From: Paragordius varius
Taxonomy: Eukaryota; Animalia; Nematomorpha
DNA: 64,000 nt
Direction: 5' to 3'
Assembly: GCA_964247055.1 (NCBI GenBank)
Contig: OZ176055.1
Location: forward strand, 4,402,001 to 4,466,000
The number at the start of each line of letters is the position of its first letter. Position 1 is the first letter of the stretch. The position numbers were made by a program, and so were the translations under genes. The notes beneath the pieces are model-generated. The model was given only the letters and a program-made list of their open reading frames with translations, was not told the origin of the DNA and ran no database searches. This document shows, piece after piece, positions 12,132 through 24,700 of the stretch.

Positions 12132-12947
12132 CCGACTGGTTTCCTATCCTCAGAGGTGTGAGACAAGGATGTGTCCTTTCTCCCCTCCTATCTAACTTAT
12201 ACATAGAAACATTAATACGCAATTGTAACCCCCAACATATTGGGGGCACGGATCGGTGGTCTTACTATTTGCAATCTCCGGTACGCCGACGACACCATTC
12301 TCTTGTCAGAATCCCACACGGACATAACCTATCTTTTAAATAATCTCACCATCGAAGCAAGTTTGATGGGTCTTAAGCTGAACCCAGATAAATCTAAAAT
12401 AATGATCCTAAACGCTCCACAACTACTATTTACAATCAATAACTCCACTATTGAACAAACTGATCACTGTAAATATTTAGGCTCCATAATTACATCCGAC
12501 GGTAACTCGGATCCCGACATCCAAGCACGGCTAGCATTACGTCGTGCTACTATGGGTAAACTGTCCAAAATTTGGAACTCGTCGGTCATAAGATTTCCAA
12601 CCAAACTTGCCATCCTGAAGGCGGTGATATACCCCGTGGCAATTTATGGGTCCGAATCATGGATATGCAAATCCATTGATAAAGCCCGCATAAACTCTTT
12701 TCAAATGTGGTGCTTTCGGAAAACATTTGGGAATCTCCTGGAAAGCCCACATCTCCAATTCTTATATACTCAACCTATCAAACCCGAATTTTTACTTCAC
12801 GATTTAATAATCTTCAAACAGCTAAAATATCTGGGTCATATCCTGCGATCCGACTCGCTAGAAAAAAGCATACTTTTTGGGTTGGTAGATGGCACCCGCA
12901 GAAGGGTCCGACCCAAAAAGCGGTGGATCGACATGCTTATATCAATT
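12132..12947 (+). mobile_element. Inverted partial duplicate of the same RTE element
   Basis: Roughly 95% identical by eye to the reverse complement of 10873-11679, and abuts the 5' end of the first copy. Confidence 0.9.
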
Positions 12948-13472
12948 TAGTAATTTATAAAAAAAATTGTATAATGCGGCAAAAAGGCTAAAGAAAGAAT
13001 ATAATAAAATTTGGCTTAATACCTTAAAAACCTTTAAGATATTCCAGATTCTTCAAATCGCTCTGGGATATGAAACTAATTTAAAAGGTAATGGAATGTT
13101 AAACTAATTCCTATTTATTAATATGTTATGTAGTAGGGAAAAAATGTAACATTGATTAACTGAGTTAACAATTAATATCTAACTCTACTACAATGGCTAA
13201 TGGATATCAGAGGTGAGAATAGGCAAAGACAAAATTAAACTAGTTTTAGCTAAAATAAAAAGTCAACATTATATTAATTGCATAAAGCGATGTTTTAACA
13301 ATTCTTCAAAATAATGATCAACATTTTTATTAAAAAATTAAATAAACAAAATCTCAAAATAAAAATTAATATTGCTGCATTTTTGCGTTTGTTTACAAAA
13401 GCTTTTTTTAGAGATGTCCCAAAATTTGAGAAATTTGGAGCATACATCTGAAAATAAAATTTTATCAAAATA

Positions 13473-15438
13473 TACCATTTGCTCTTCAAGAGTGTCCTTG
13501 AACACTTCAAGTTTGTCCATGAACACTCAAGTTGGTTCTTGAACACTTAGAGTTGGTCCTTTGACTTTTTTGATTTGTTTTTAACTTTTATCAATCAAAT
13601 CGCATATCATTCATCATTTTATCGTTTTTAACCTATTTATTACATTGCACAACAAGGTTTTGCACCACGCCATTTTTTTGAATTTTCTGTTACCTAATGG
13701 CATGGAAAGGCCAAAACAAAATAATTTGAGGCCACCAATCGGATTTTTTTAAATTTAATTTTAAATTTTGTATTTAATATAAAAAACAATTACTCCTCGT
13801 GTTCATATATTTAAATATTTAAACGAGCAAGTCATACAAGTGGTATTCCAAAGCTAGGTTTTTCATTATAATTTTAGAACGAAAATGCAAAAATGAGCCA
13901 AATATACCAGCCTCAGTATACGATACTACAGAAGATTTTTTATTAACGAAGACTCTACAGAAAATGTTATTGATGATCCATATAATAAAACTTTATAAAA
14001 ATGCGTCGATCTTTATATTAGAATATAAACTGCCCAAAATTGCTACGAAGGTTTGTTATCTCTTTTGCACGAGAGATACGTCTTATCAAGCGGGTTTGTT
14101 ATTCGACATAGAAATAGACAATATCATTTATTGAATATATAATTAAAAATTCTATGTGATTGCTAAGAGCGAGAGATATTAAAAATCTAAAAGGGCTAAT
14201 GTATGGTATGGTGTTATAGATCCGGGCGGCTTGCACAAGCTTTACAAAAATCCTTAAGCATCCTATAATTATGCCAGATATGGCAAAGGGTATACAATGA
14301 GGTCGTCGTAGAACCCGGTAGGAGAGACCAGCAGATAATATAACGTAGTTAACTTCAGCATAATCCAGGGAAGTACACATGTCAAATAAACCAATTCACA
14401 GAATAGAGTTAAACAAATTTGACCATTAAATCGGATAAGAATATTAGATAAGTTCAAGTGGTCATATTCAGTAAAAAATTATGGTAGAATATCCATAATT
14501 CAGGTAATAAAAGTGGCTGCCCAACATCCATCTGTTAAAATTATACCGCATCCAATTATTTTCAAAATAAATAATATCCACTAGTTATAATAACAGGATA
14601 GTAAGAATCAACCGAAGAGAAAAACCCTAAAAAACTAAAAATAACCAAAACTAACAAAATAAATATAGCCTATCTGAAAGCGGATAATTAAATAACAAAG
14701 TGCCTCTTAGTATTTTTTTATATAAATTTATACGTGTTTAAAATTAGCTTAAAACTAAATTTCAACGTTTATACCCGTACTATCTATTTAATCCCTGATA
14801 TTGACATATTTATAACTAAAAGATAGAGTTTAAAACGCTTAATTAAATGATACCGATTTTATAATATAATAACTTTTTATATAAAGTTATTTGATTTTCT
14901 GTAAGTTAAAAAACCTGTAATATCTCTGAATTTTGATTGGGATTGGCGGGATGGGAATTTTTTCCAGATTCGGTTTAAAACACTGAAATCAGTTTAAATT
15001 CAAAAATTTGAGTGATGGTGCTCGAAAAACCAAATTTGTTGGCTAGTGTTATTTACGATAAATATAAACTAATATAAACTTTTGTTGAGAAACAGTATAT
15101 CTTTTTAATTAATTAAAATTCGGATATTTATAAGATTTTAATATGTAATTAAAAAAAAGTTTTTGGGTTATTATTTAAAATTCATTGACAACATATTAAA
15201 ATTAAAACGTTAAAATAGAAAAAAAATAGTCTGAACTAAAAAAGTGATTTTTGAACAAAAATATTTATTTTAACTAAATAAATATATTATAAATAAAGGA
15301 AATTAGGTTAAAAAATAAAATAAAAAATACATGCAAAAATTATGGTTAAATCAAATGTTAAACATTTTAAGGACCAACTCACAGTGTTCAAGGACCAACT
15401 TAAAGTGTTCAAGGACACTCTTGAAGTGCAAAGGGCAT
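13473..15438. mobile_element. Same foldback MITE, copy 2, opposite orientation, interrupted by a Tc1-like element
   Basis: 13484-13630 is the reverse complement of 10505-10677, and 15285-15435 is the reverse complement of 9845-10010. Internal sequence is also shared. Confidence 0.7.
13643..15048. mobile_element. Non-autonomous Tc1/mariner-like element, copy 1, with hydrophobic ORF-like cargo
   Basis: Left end TA|CATTGCACAACAAGG and right end TTGTTGGCTAGTG. Colinear with 23464-24579. Confidence 0.65.
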
Positions 15439-15982
15439 AATGTTTTTTTTGAAATAAAGCATTTGGCTTTCACCAAAAAACTTTATTTACATAATGAGCG
15501 CAGGTTTTTTAATATTGAGGAAATAAAAGACGACAACTTTCTTAAATCATTTGTAAGGCCCAAAACCCATAGCGCCATGAAAATACTGAAACATGCATCA
15601 TATCCAAATATATATAATTTATCAGGTTATAATTTTATACTCCCCGATTTTGCTGTGTTGTGTCGACTGCATCAAAACTAAACGCATTAGTATAATTCTG
15701 ATACATTTGTTTACCATTTAATCGCAATTTACATTAAAATAGCTAAAATCTCTTAAAACAAACCTGAAGGTGAAAAACAAATATCTGTAATTGATTGGAA
15801 GATGATAGGCAGAATAAGCAAAAGATTTTGAATTGTGTTAATATTTTAATGGATCGATTCAATATATCAATCCAAAACCGTATGATTCGCCTCACTAGAA
15901 GTTTTTAATATTTAATTTTGAAAGCAAAAGCGGCGATAAGTAATATATTTTTTGATTATATATCGAACATAGCACAATTTAA

Positions 15983-16537
15983 CAGTTGTATATAAGACAT
16001 TCATTTCAGTCCTTCGAATCGAATTGGGGTTGTTGGATACCCCAAGCCTGTTTAAAATTAAATACTTCAAAAAAATATGGAAGGAATTAAATTCACGGCA
16101 AATGTTTGCGCTTATATAACATAATTTTAATACATAAAAAAATCATTCAAATTTATGGTATTACTCATTTTAAGATCAAACCCCAAGCTAAAAATTTAGT
16201 TATGACGTGTGTGCATTAGCAAAATTTAAAATAATACCAAATAAACAGTTTTCTTTCTATCAATGTTAGATGTGATTAAATAAAAAATTGGCTTTAATTT
16301 TTGCTTTAAAATAAACAAACACGATAATTCGCAAAAATGTTGTAAAATAAAAATGGCGTCCGAATAGTTTGATACGAAACTTTTTCTCCCAAACCAAAAT
16401 GTATTTTGTTTAGGTTTATTTATATGATTTTTAGGATAGAATCACAAATTTAAATTAGAACCGTTCTTGTAGTTTTTTAAAAATATCAATTTAAATATTG
16501 TGCGGGTTAATCAGATACCCCAATTTGAATCAAAGTG
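15983..16537 (+). mobile_element. TTAA MITE copy just upstream of DNAJC9
   Basis: Colinear with 1334-1883, with the same subterminal motifs. Confidence 0.78.
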
Positions 16538-16717
16538 TTTAATATAATAAGATTACCTTATGCTTGCAATAACGTTTTATATTTATTTGTAATTTATGTC
16601 AATTTACTATTCAAAAAATATATTAATTACGATTTATAAGAATATTTATAAAGCGCAGTTGTAAAATTCAGCATGTTTTTCATTTTCGCATTCTCACATT
16701 TTAAAATTTAGCGCGAC

Positions 16718-19700
16718 ATGCCTGTTTTATCCAAAGAACTTATAGCACATTTTAAAACCGACAATTTGTATAAAATATTTAGCCTCAATCCCAGCGCAAA
16801 ACCAGGGGAAAGTATTTTTATTTTTAAATATCTAGTTAAAAAAGCTTATTATCAACTATCTCTTAAATATCACCCCGACAAAGTTAAGGGTAACAAGAGC
16901 AATACAACTCTCAAATTTCAACTAATATCTAATGTGTATGAAATATTAAGTGATCAAGAAAAACGACAGTTATACGATCAAACTGGTGAAATTAATGATA
17001 ACCCTCAAAATTCAGATATTAAAGATTGGTTAAATTATTGGAGACTATTGTTTCAAAAAGTTACAACCGAAGACATTCGTAATTTTGAAAAAGAATATAA
17101 AGGTAATATTTTTATACCTAATTTTTTGAAATTTTATTTTTATTGTGAAGGGCGCAACCGAGTATTTAAAGACTTTCCTCGGTTTAGCCCCACTCAGCGG
17201 TACAATACAAAAATTTAATACATATTTTGGCAAAAGTGTACTCATTAGCCACTTAAATTTTATTTAAATTCGCGTATAGCAAATTAAGTTTTGGAATTTT
17301 TAGGGTTCAATGCAACTTCTTTAAATATTGTGTATAGAGATTTGCTATTTCTAGAGGGAGCCGGCAAAAGAAACGTTAACTTTGAACAATATAACTTAAA
17401 TAATTTTAGATGTTTGCGACCCCCTTGTTTAATCTCACTCCCGATAATGGTAGAAATAATAAAATTCAGCTGTCCCTCACCATAAAAATAACGGGTTGAA
17501 CATAAATCTTTTGTCTCACGGACCGTTAAAATATAATACCGATCACATATGCAAATACTTATAATCTTAATCAGCACACCGTGATTTTTGGGCACGCATA
17601 TAAATCGCAGCTAAAATTACTTGTTTATTAAAAATAAAAATAATTTTAACAATACATCTTTTAACAAATAAGTAGACATATTTTAATAATAAACAACTAT
17701 TTTGACCTTAAATATCGTGACAGGCCAATCTAAAAATGACATTTTCTTTTTACAAATTTCAAATATGCACTTCGGCCTGATATAAAGGTAATACAGTATG
17801 GATAACTTAAGCACCATTTGGCACATCTCACCTAACAATATACTCATGCAATTTTTTCGCTAAAAATTATCAGAATCGATAAAATCAACAAGATGGGCCA
17901 TGACAAAAACCGATTTGCCCATATCAAAAAAAAACCAGAATTTCTTCGCATTAAATTAATTATAATAGGTGACCAACAAAATAGCGAAAAAAAATAAAAC
18001 TGGAATTTACAAATTAAACATTCAAATCAGTTAAAAATTTTTATGTATGATCTCTACGCAATTCTTGAAAAATATTAATTTAATAATATAGGGTGAATCT
18101 CCCAATAGTTAAGCGGTCATAAACCTTGACGTGAAGGGAACAAAATTCGTTACATACCCTGAATATCTCTCATCTATGAATTTTATGCTCTTATTTAAGA
18201 TGATTTACCGTATTTTTAAATTAGGATCTAGATTTTGCTTAATTTTAAGGATAGATTTTTTTTAAAGGGTTTTAAAGGCGTAAGCTTCTATTTATAAAAT
18301 AATTTAATAAGATCCAAATAAATTAATAATAATTGGAAGATATGATTTTGTATTGATGGTAATAAATATTACCCTTAAAATATCAGAACCGCGGGTCGTG
18401 CGTCCCTATCATACAATTTTATCATTAATCTAATGTAGATTAGAAATAATTCTTATTTATTACAAATATTAATATTCACAGCAAAGTATAAGCCGCTAGT
18501 ATTTTATAAGAATCAGCCGTGGGAATTTAGATTGGTGTGATTTTTAGCACACTAAGTTTTATTTCAGAGATTATTTTACGATACAACTTATAAGTGTCGT
18601 TTATGCAAAGTTATGACAAGATAAATACCCCAAGTATTTCATATACAGCTAAGTGCATAATTACAAAAATATTGGGCATTATTCCATTATTTAGCAGTCA
18701 ATATTTATGCTTGAGTGCTTAGATTGTGATTGCCTATGAATATTTTTTTTTTCAATATTTAAATAAAATATTGTATTCAGTTGTTACTTTACACTGCCAA
18801 TTTCACTGTTATCTAGATTATGCATAATATATTTTTGAAAGAGTGTTGTTTATCTAAAAATATTATTTGATATAAATCATGGGTCATTATCCCTCATCTT
18901 TTTCATTCTACACGTTAATCGTACTTTCAAATATATTTTCTAATTTAAAAATTGCCATATGTTATATGCCCCACTATGAACCTAGTCGGATTGTAGCAAA
19001 GCCCATTAACATTTTTACAATATTTCATTTCACATATAAAAATATGTAAATATTATTATAGGATTAAAAATTCAGAACAGCCATTATTATTTGATTGTCT
19101 TTCTATAAAATTTATAAAGTTGCTTAATAATTTTTCTGACGTATATATTACCAATTTTTCATGGGTTTTGATAGATTTATTTCATCATAGGAATTGATAT
19201 TTTATTGCATAAATTGATGTAATTAGGCAACAAATTAATTTTCGAACGGCAAATTTCAAATCATCGCGTTTTTACTTAATCACAGCCACGCATAGCGGTC
19301 CTCTATCAAACTATCAAATTTTCAATTATTGGATTATAATTATCAAATTCCCTTTAGGTTCTGAACAAGAAAAGTTTGATGTTTTATCAGCATACACTAA
19401 GTTCAAAGGCGATATGACAACAATCATAGATAATGTTATGTGCGCTAGCCAATTAAATGCCGATGATGAGAAAAGATTTCGTACCATAATTGACGAAGAA
19501 ATTGAAAAACAGAATGTGCCAATATATAAAGCATACAAATCCGATAATTCAATCAAGCGATCTAAGATTAAGAAAAAGGTTATTTTGTTTTTGAATTGAT
19601 TACTAATTTAACATCTATTTTATATAAGTTGTTAGGTTAGGAACGGAACTGTTTTTGGTTCCATATGAAATGCGGTTTCAGTAAATTTGTATGCAAAAAT

Positions 19701-21001
19701 TAGTTTTCTGATTCATTTTTTCGGTAATGGTTTATTTTGTTTAAATTTACAGAGGTCTTAATTGTAGCCATATTTTAATTATATACAAACAATTTATTAC
19801 GCTAAATAAGTCTTAACCGTTCCGAAGTTTTACTTTAAACACGGTTTTCAATCTATATATATGGATTTTTTGGTTCAAAACTGTTTCAAAAAAGCTAATT
19901 TGTTTTCGTGTAATCCCTGATTTTTCTATTTAAATTGGCAATCTTCCGCAAATTAACGCAAACGTTTAGCGAATGTAAGATTTTACAGAAAATATGTAAA
20001 TCTTTTTTATACAAAATACTACTTAGGCTGAAAAAGAGGCACGCGAAGCCGAAGAATATGCCAAAGAAATTTTATCGGAAAAAGAACAAAGCCTTTTGAC
20101 TAAAACAAAATCGACGCATTGTAATGGGAATGGCCCACAAAATGATAATGATTCAGCCTTGGTGACTTTAATTCAAAATCGCAAAGCACAACGGGATGCT
20201 AAGGCTGACACTTTTCTCAACAATTTGGAGGAAAAATATTGTGTTAGCAGTAAAAATAAAGCAGGAAAAAAACCGACGACCAAAGTATCGAAAAAAACGA
20301 TTTCCGAAACCGGTAAAAATTTTAATTTTTGATAGTAACCAAGTTTATAATGTTTTTTATATAGTTTATATAAATAACTTATTGCTCCTTTTGAAAAAAA
20401 TTAATTTATATATTATACCTAAGTTTATTGTTGTTCATATTTTTTATTTAATAAAAATTGGTTGCATTTTAAATAATTACATATTATATGCCATATAATA
20501 TATGACAAAGTTATAATTTATTCTGGTAAAAAATAATAGAGGAATAAAAAAAATGTTTTTAAGTTGACTAACCCAATAATATTTATTATATTTTTTAGGC
20601 GGGTCGGGGAATACTCAAAAGAGTTCACCAAAAAACAAGCCACAAAAGGTAATTAAAACTTGGTTTTAAAACACAGTTTAAAGATAATTTTGCGAATTTT
20701 TAATACTACTTATATAACAAGAAAAAGGTTACAAAAGACGAACCAATTGTGCTTGAAAAGCAGAATGGGCATCAGGATCAGACTGAGAATACCAAAGGTG
20801 CAAGGACAAAACGTAAGGTCTTACCGGATTCCGATGAAAGTAAGAGTTATTTAATTTTTCATTGTTATCAATTTTTGATGAATTAAAATAATTTTTGTTA
20901 TCTATTTAGAGCTCTCCAATGATATTGTTAAAACCAAAGTTACTACCAAAAAAATAAAAACCCCTCCACCCAAACGTGAATTGAGAGAACGCAATAAATA
21001 A
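16718..21001 (+). CDS. DNAJC9: DnaJ homolog subfamily C member 9 (J domain, histone co-chaperone family) with a basic C-terminal extension
   Basis: Exons 16718-16811, 16836-17102, 19358-19578, 20027-20312, 20599-20648, about 20722-20839 and 20910-21001. J domain with HPD (YHPDKV), then [31 protein letters not shown], KGDM and FLNNLEEKY, as in DNAJC9. The last three exons are less certain. Confidence 0.9.
16812..16835 (+). other. 24-nt GT-AG micro-intron (DNAJC9 intron 1), in frame and stop-free
   Basis: GTATTTTTATTTTTAAATATCTAG. Splicing changes GESIFIFKYLVKKAY into the canonical J-domain GEIKKAY. Confidence 0.8.
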
Positions 21002-21734
21002 GAAAGATATTATTTACACAACGTTTTTTTTAATATTAATAAATATTTTTAATTTTCCATATGTACAGAATAAGCATGGCTACCGCCAAACGAAAATTTA
21101 GTTAAAGCAAAAATAATCATAGAAATTCGCTATTTTATTATAATTAGCTGTTTCGCCAAGATAATTTAAATTTTTATTCGAAATATATTTCACGGGTAAA
21201 GGTTTACCTAACATACGCAGAAAGAAAATATTTTTATAATATTAGTAGACAAATAATTTAGTAATTAATAAAAAACGTGCATCATTATTATCGTTTTATT
21301 TGATTTTGCTGTGTGTTATGAAATGTTCACTAAAATATGCGACCTAGGCCTATTAATTCAAATAATCTACGTTTTTATAATAAAAACCAATATTAAATTT
21401 AATGATAAAATTTTCTGAATATAACTTTAAACGATTTTCACTTTTACCATTCCACCCAAGTTTAGCCATTTGTGAGCAAATATATATATATAATTAATTA
21501 ATATAAATAACCTTGTAGCTCAAGTTTTCAAAAACAATTCAATTGCTTAAAATATGTTGACTTGTATAAATATATGGAGCTATATTATATTGAATATTAT
21601 AATTATATCACATAAAATCAATCATATATTATGCATTATATTCGTAATTGCTTATATATGGTACATTTATATCTCAAATAGATTCTCCAAATAGTAAAAG
21701 GTTTTAAGTTTTTTAAACCAAAATAACTGGTTTT

Positions 21735-24700
21735 TTATTTATCAGCAGGTACAAGAAAAATCCGGTGTTTTGCATGAATAAATGTTACGATGCCTTGATA
21801 AGATGTTCGAGCCGAGCCTCCCTAAAATGAATAAACTTTTCTATTGTATAGTGTAAAAATTAAAATCATAAAGACACATCCAAAAACTAAAAGACAAGTT
21901 TTTTATAAAGACCATACTCATTGATACATTTCTTTCTTTTAAATAACCTATATGATTATACTATTCATTTATTTTGCAACTCAAAACGATAATTTATTTA
22001 AAAAATCAAGGTTTAAAAGACATGGTTGTCTTTTTTAGAAAAATTTTTTTTTCTCTTTAAAATTCAATTTTTATGGTAAATCTACCGTAAATAAACATTT
22101 TATAGTAATTATAAAGCAAGTTCAATTTTCATACCAAAGTTTATATCGTAAGAAGCTAACTATTTTTTTATTTATTCGAAGATTACTTAAAAATAGGTGG
22201 ACCTAAATAAATTGTTATAGTTTCAAAATAGGATTTGTAAGCCATATAAATTATTTTAATATATTTAAATATTATACTCTTATATCCGACATTAAACCAA
22301 ATCGATCAGCCAACGATTGAAATTCTTCTTTAGTGTTGTAGCTAATTTTCAAATCCGGTTTTTGAAGCTCATTATACAGAGGTATATTATTTTTTGAAGT
22401 ATATTTATTATTATCATCACTAAATTCATTTATTACGGGTAAAGGCTTTAATGGATTATTTTTTAGGAATAGTTCGAGATCATCAATAATTTCGGCTTGG
22501 GATATATTACTCATCAATTGTTTATCATATTCATCCTAATATTGATATTTTTTAATTATAAATTTGTATATATGGGTAAAGGAATATACTTTTATCAAAG
22601 CTAAAAGCTGTGATTCCCATTGCTTTATGTCTTGATTTGGGTTAGATTGATTGGTCCAAACGTCTCGAAAAACTGGTCTAATAAGTTTAACATCCAATAA
22701 TAAAGATAATAGGGACAAATTTATTGAAAAAAATATATTAAAATTAATTTCATTAAAAATAAAAATCAGCTTATTAAGTAAATTATGAAATTAGCCAAAA
22801 AATAAATGGTCAAAAAAGTGATATAATCACAACATAGTTTTAAATAAATCATCAAACTACAATGCCGTTAAAATAATGATTATAAATTTACTTGATATAT
22901 GGAGTTTAGCATATCAAATTTGGAAAAACTTCACATTTTTTATAATATGAATGTGAAGAATGATTCATTACAGTGCAAAAAAATTTAAGATTTTTAATTT
23001 CCATACAATCTTTTTCAAATCAAAATGAAATCAGAAAAATTCATTTTGTAAGCCATGAATGATGCAATTTTTTTGTGTATGAATAAATACCTTTGATTGA
23101 GGACAGTGTGTGCTAAATGGGTGTTATAGAACTCACCATTGCTCGTCCCACTACGACCAAAAGTAAAAGTACGTGACAATTCTGGTCTGATGCAAACTCT
23201 ATTTTGACGCACATCAGCTGATCGCATCCAATCATCCCAAAAGGCAGCGGGCCATTCCAAAGAAAGCTGCGTGCGCCATACTTCGCCGGGTAATAACCAA
23301 CCCAACCCGGGGAAAAAGTCGGTTCGGTATAAAAGACCTAAGTAAAGTTAAATTAAGAGTTAAGAAATTGTTGTGAAATGTTAGTAATATAAACCATTTC
23401 ATCTTGGTTAGCTAAACAGATAAAAGCTGGCTAAAGAATAAATTTAAACTTATGATATCATTACACTGCTCAACAAGGTTTTGCACCACCCCATTATTTT
23501 TGCATTTTCTAATACACAAAAAAGAAAATTGAGGCCACCAATAGGATTTTTCCAAAATTTAATTTTTAAATTTGTATTTAATTCAAAAATAACAATCATC
23601 CCTCGTGCACATATGTTTAAATATTCAAACGAGCAAGTCGATACAAGTAATATTCCATGCATGGATAACAAATTCTAGGCATTAAATAAGATACTAAACA
23701 AGCTAAGAGCCAAATTATTAAAAATCTAAATGGGGCTTATGTATAGTGTGATAGATCCGGGCGGCTGCACAAGCTCTGCATATCCCCCAAGCGATCCTAT
23801 AATTATGCCATATGTGGCAAAGATAACAATAAGTAATCGTAAAGTCCAATAAGAGAGACTTGCAAGCAAAATCCAGGCAAATTGACATGTCAAATTAACC
23901 AATTTACTGAATAAAGATAGATAAATTCTACAATTAAATTGAATATAAATTAGGTAAATATAAATGGTCCAATCCCATAACAGTAAATTCTACTAAAAGT
24001 GGCTACACAACATCCATCTGAAATTCAAAATACAAAACAACCAATAATTTTTACAAAAATAAGGTATATCCACTAGGTATAAATAAAGGATTTATAAGAA
24101 CCAACTCAAGAGAAAAAGTATAATAAGTACTTAAAAGAACGAAAACTAACAAAAAATATAGCCTATCTGAAAGCCGAAGGTTTAAACCATAAAATGCCTT
24201 TTTTAGTATTTTTTTAAAAAATTTTTATATGTGTTAAAAATTCACTTGAAAAAAAAAGACTAAATTTTGACATTTAAGTCCGTACTATTTTTTTCTCTCT
24301 GATATTTAAATGACATATTTATATTCAAAAGATAGAGTTTAAAACGCTTTATTAAATGATATTAAGTTTATAATATAATAACATTTTATTATAAAGTAAT
24401 ATTCAATTTTCTCTCGATTTTCTCTTGTTTTTGAAAAATTAAAAAACCTATAAAATTTCAAAATTCTGATTGGCTGGATCAAAAATTTTTTTAAATTCTG
24501 TTTTAAAACACTGAAATTAGTCATAATTTAAAAAGTTTGAGGGGTGGTGCTTAAAAATGTCCAAATTTGTCGACTAGTGTTATTAATAAAATAATTTACA
24601 TAAGTTTAATTATTTAATTGTAAGTAATCAAAAGTAAACCATATTCAATATTTAGTTGTTTAAAATATAAAGGAGGAAAATATGTTTGCATCTATTCCGC

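Noticed and set aside
9852-15435. 21-bp repeats as a CRISPR array
   Set aside because: The units are contiguous with no unique spacers, lie in inverted transposon arms, and the genome is eukaryotic with no cas genes.
22161-22202. Alternative MGAT1 last exon ([13 protein letters not shown] stop)
   Set aside because: It has an in-phase acceptor but skips the conserved R-x-x-Y-x-GIVTF segment that is present in the 21821-21735 exon.
23700-24175. Mitochondrial insertion (hydrophobic frame with TGA codons)
   Set aside because: I recognise no mitochondrial protein, TAA and TAG stops remain under the mitochondrial code, and the segment lies inside a terminal-repeat element.
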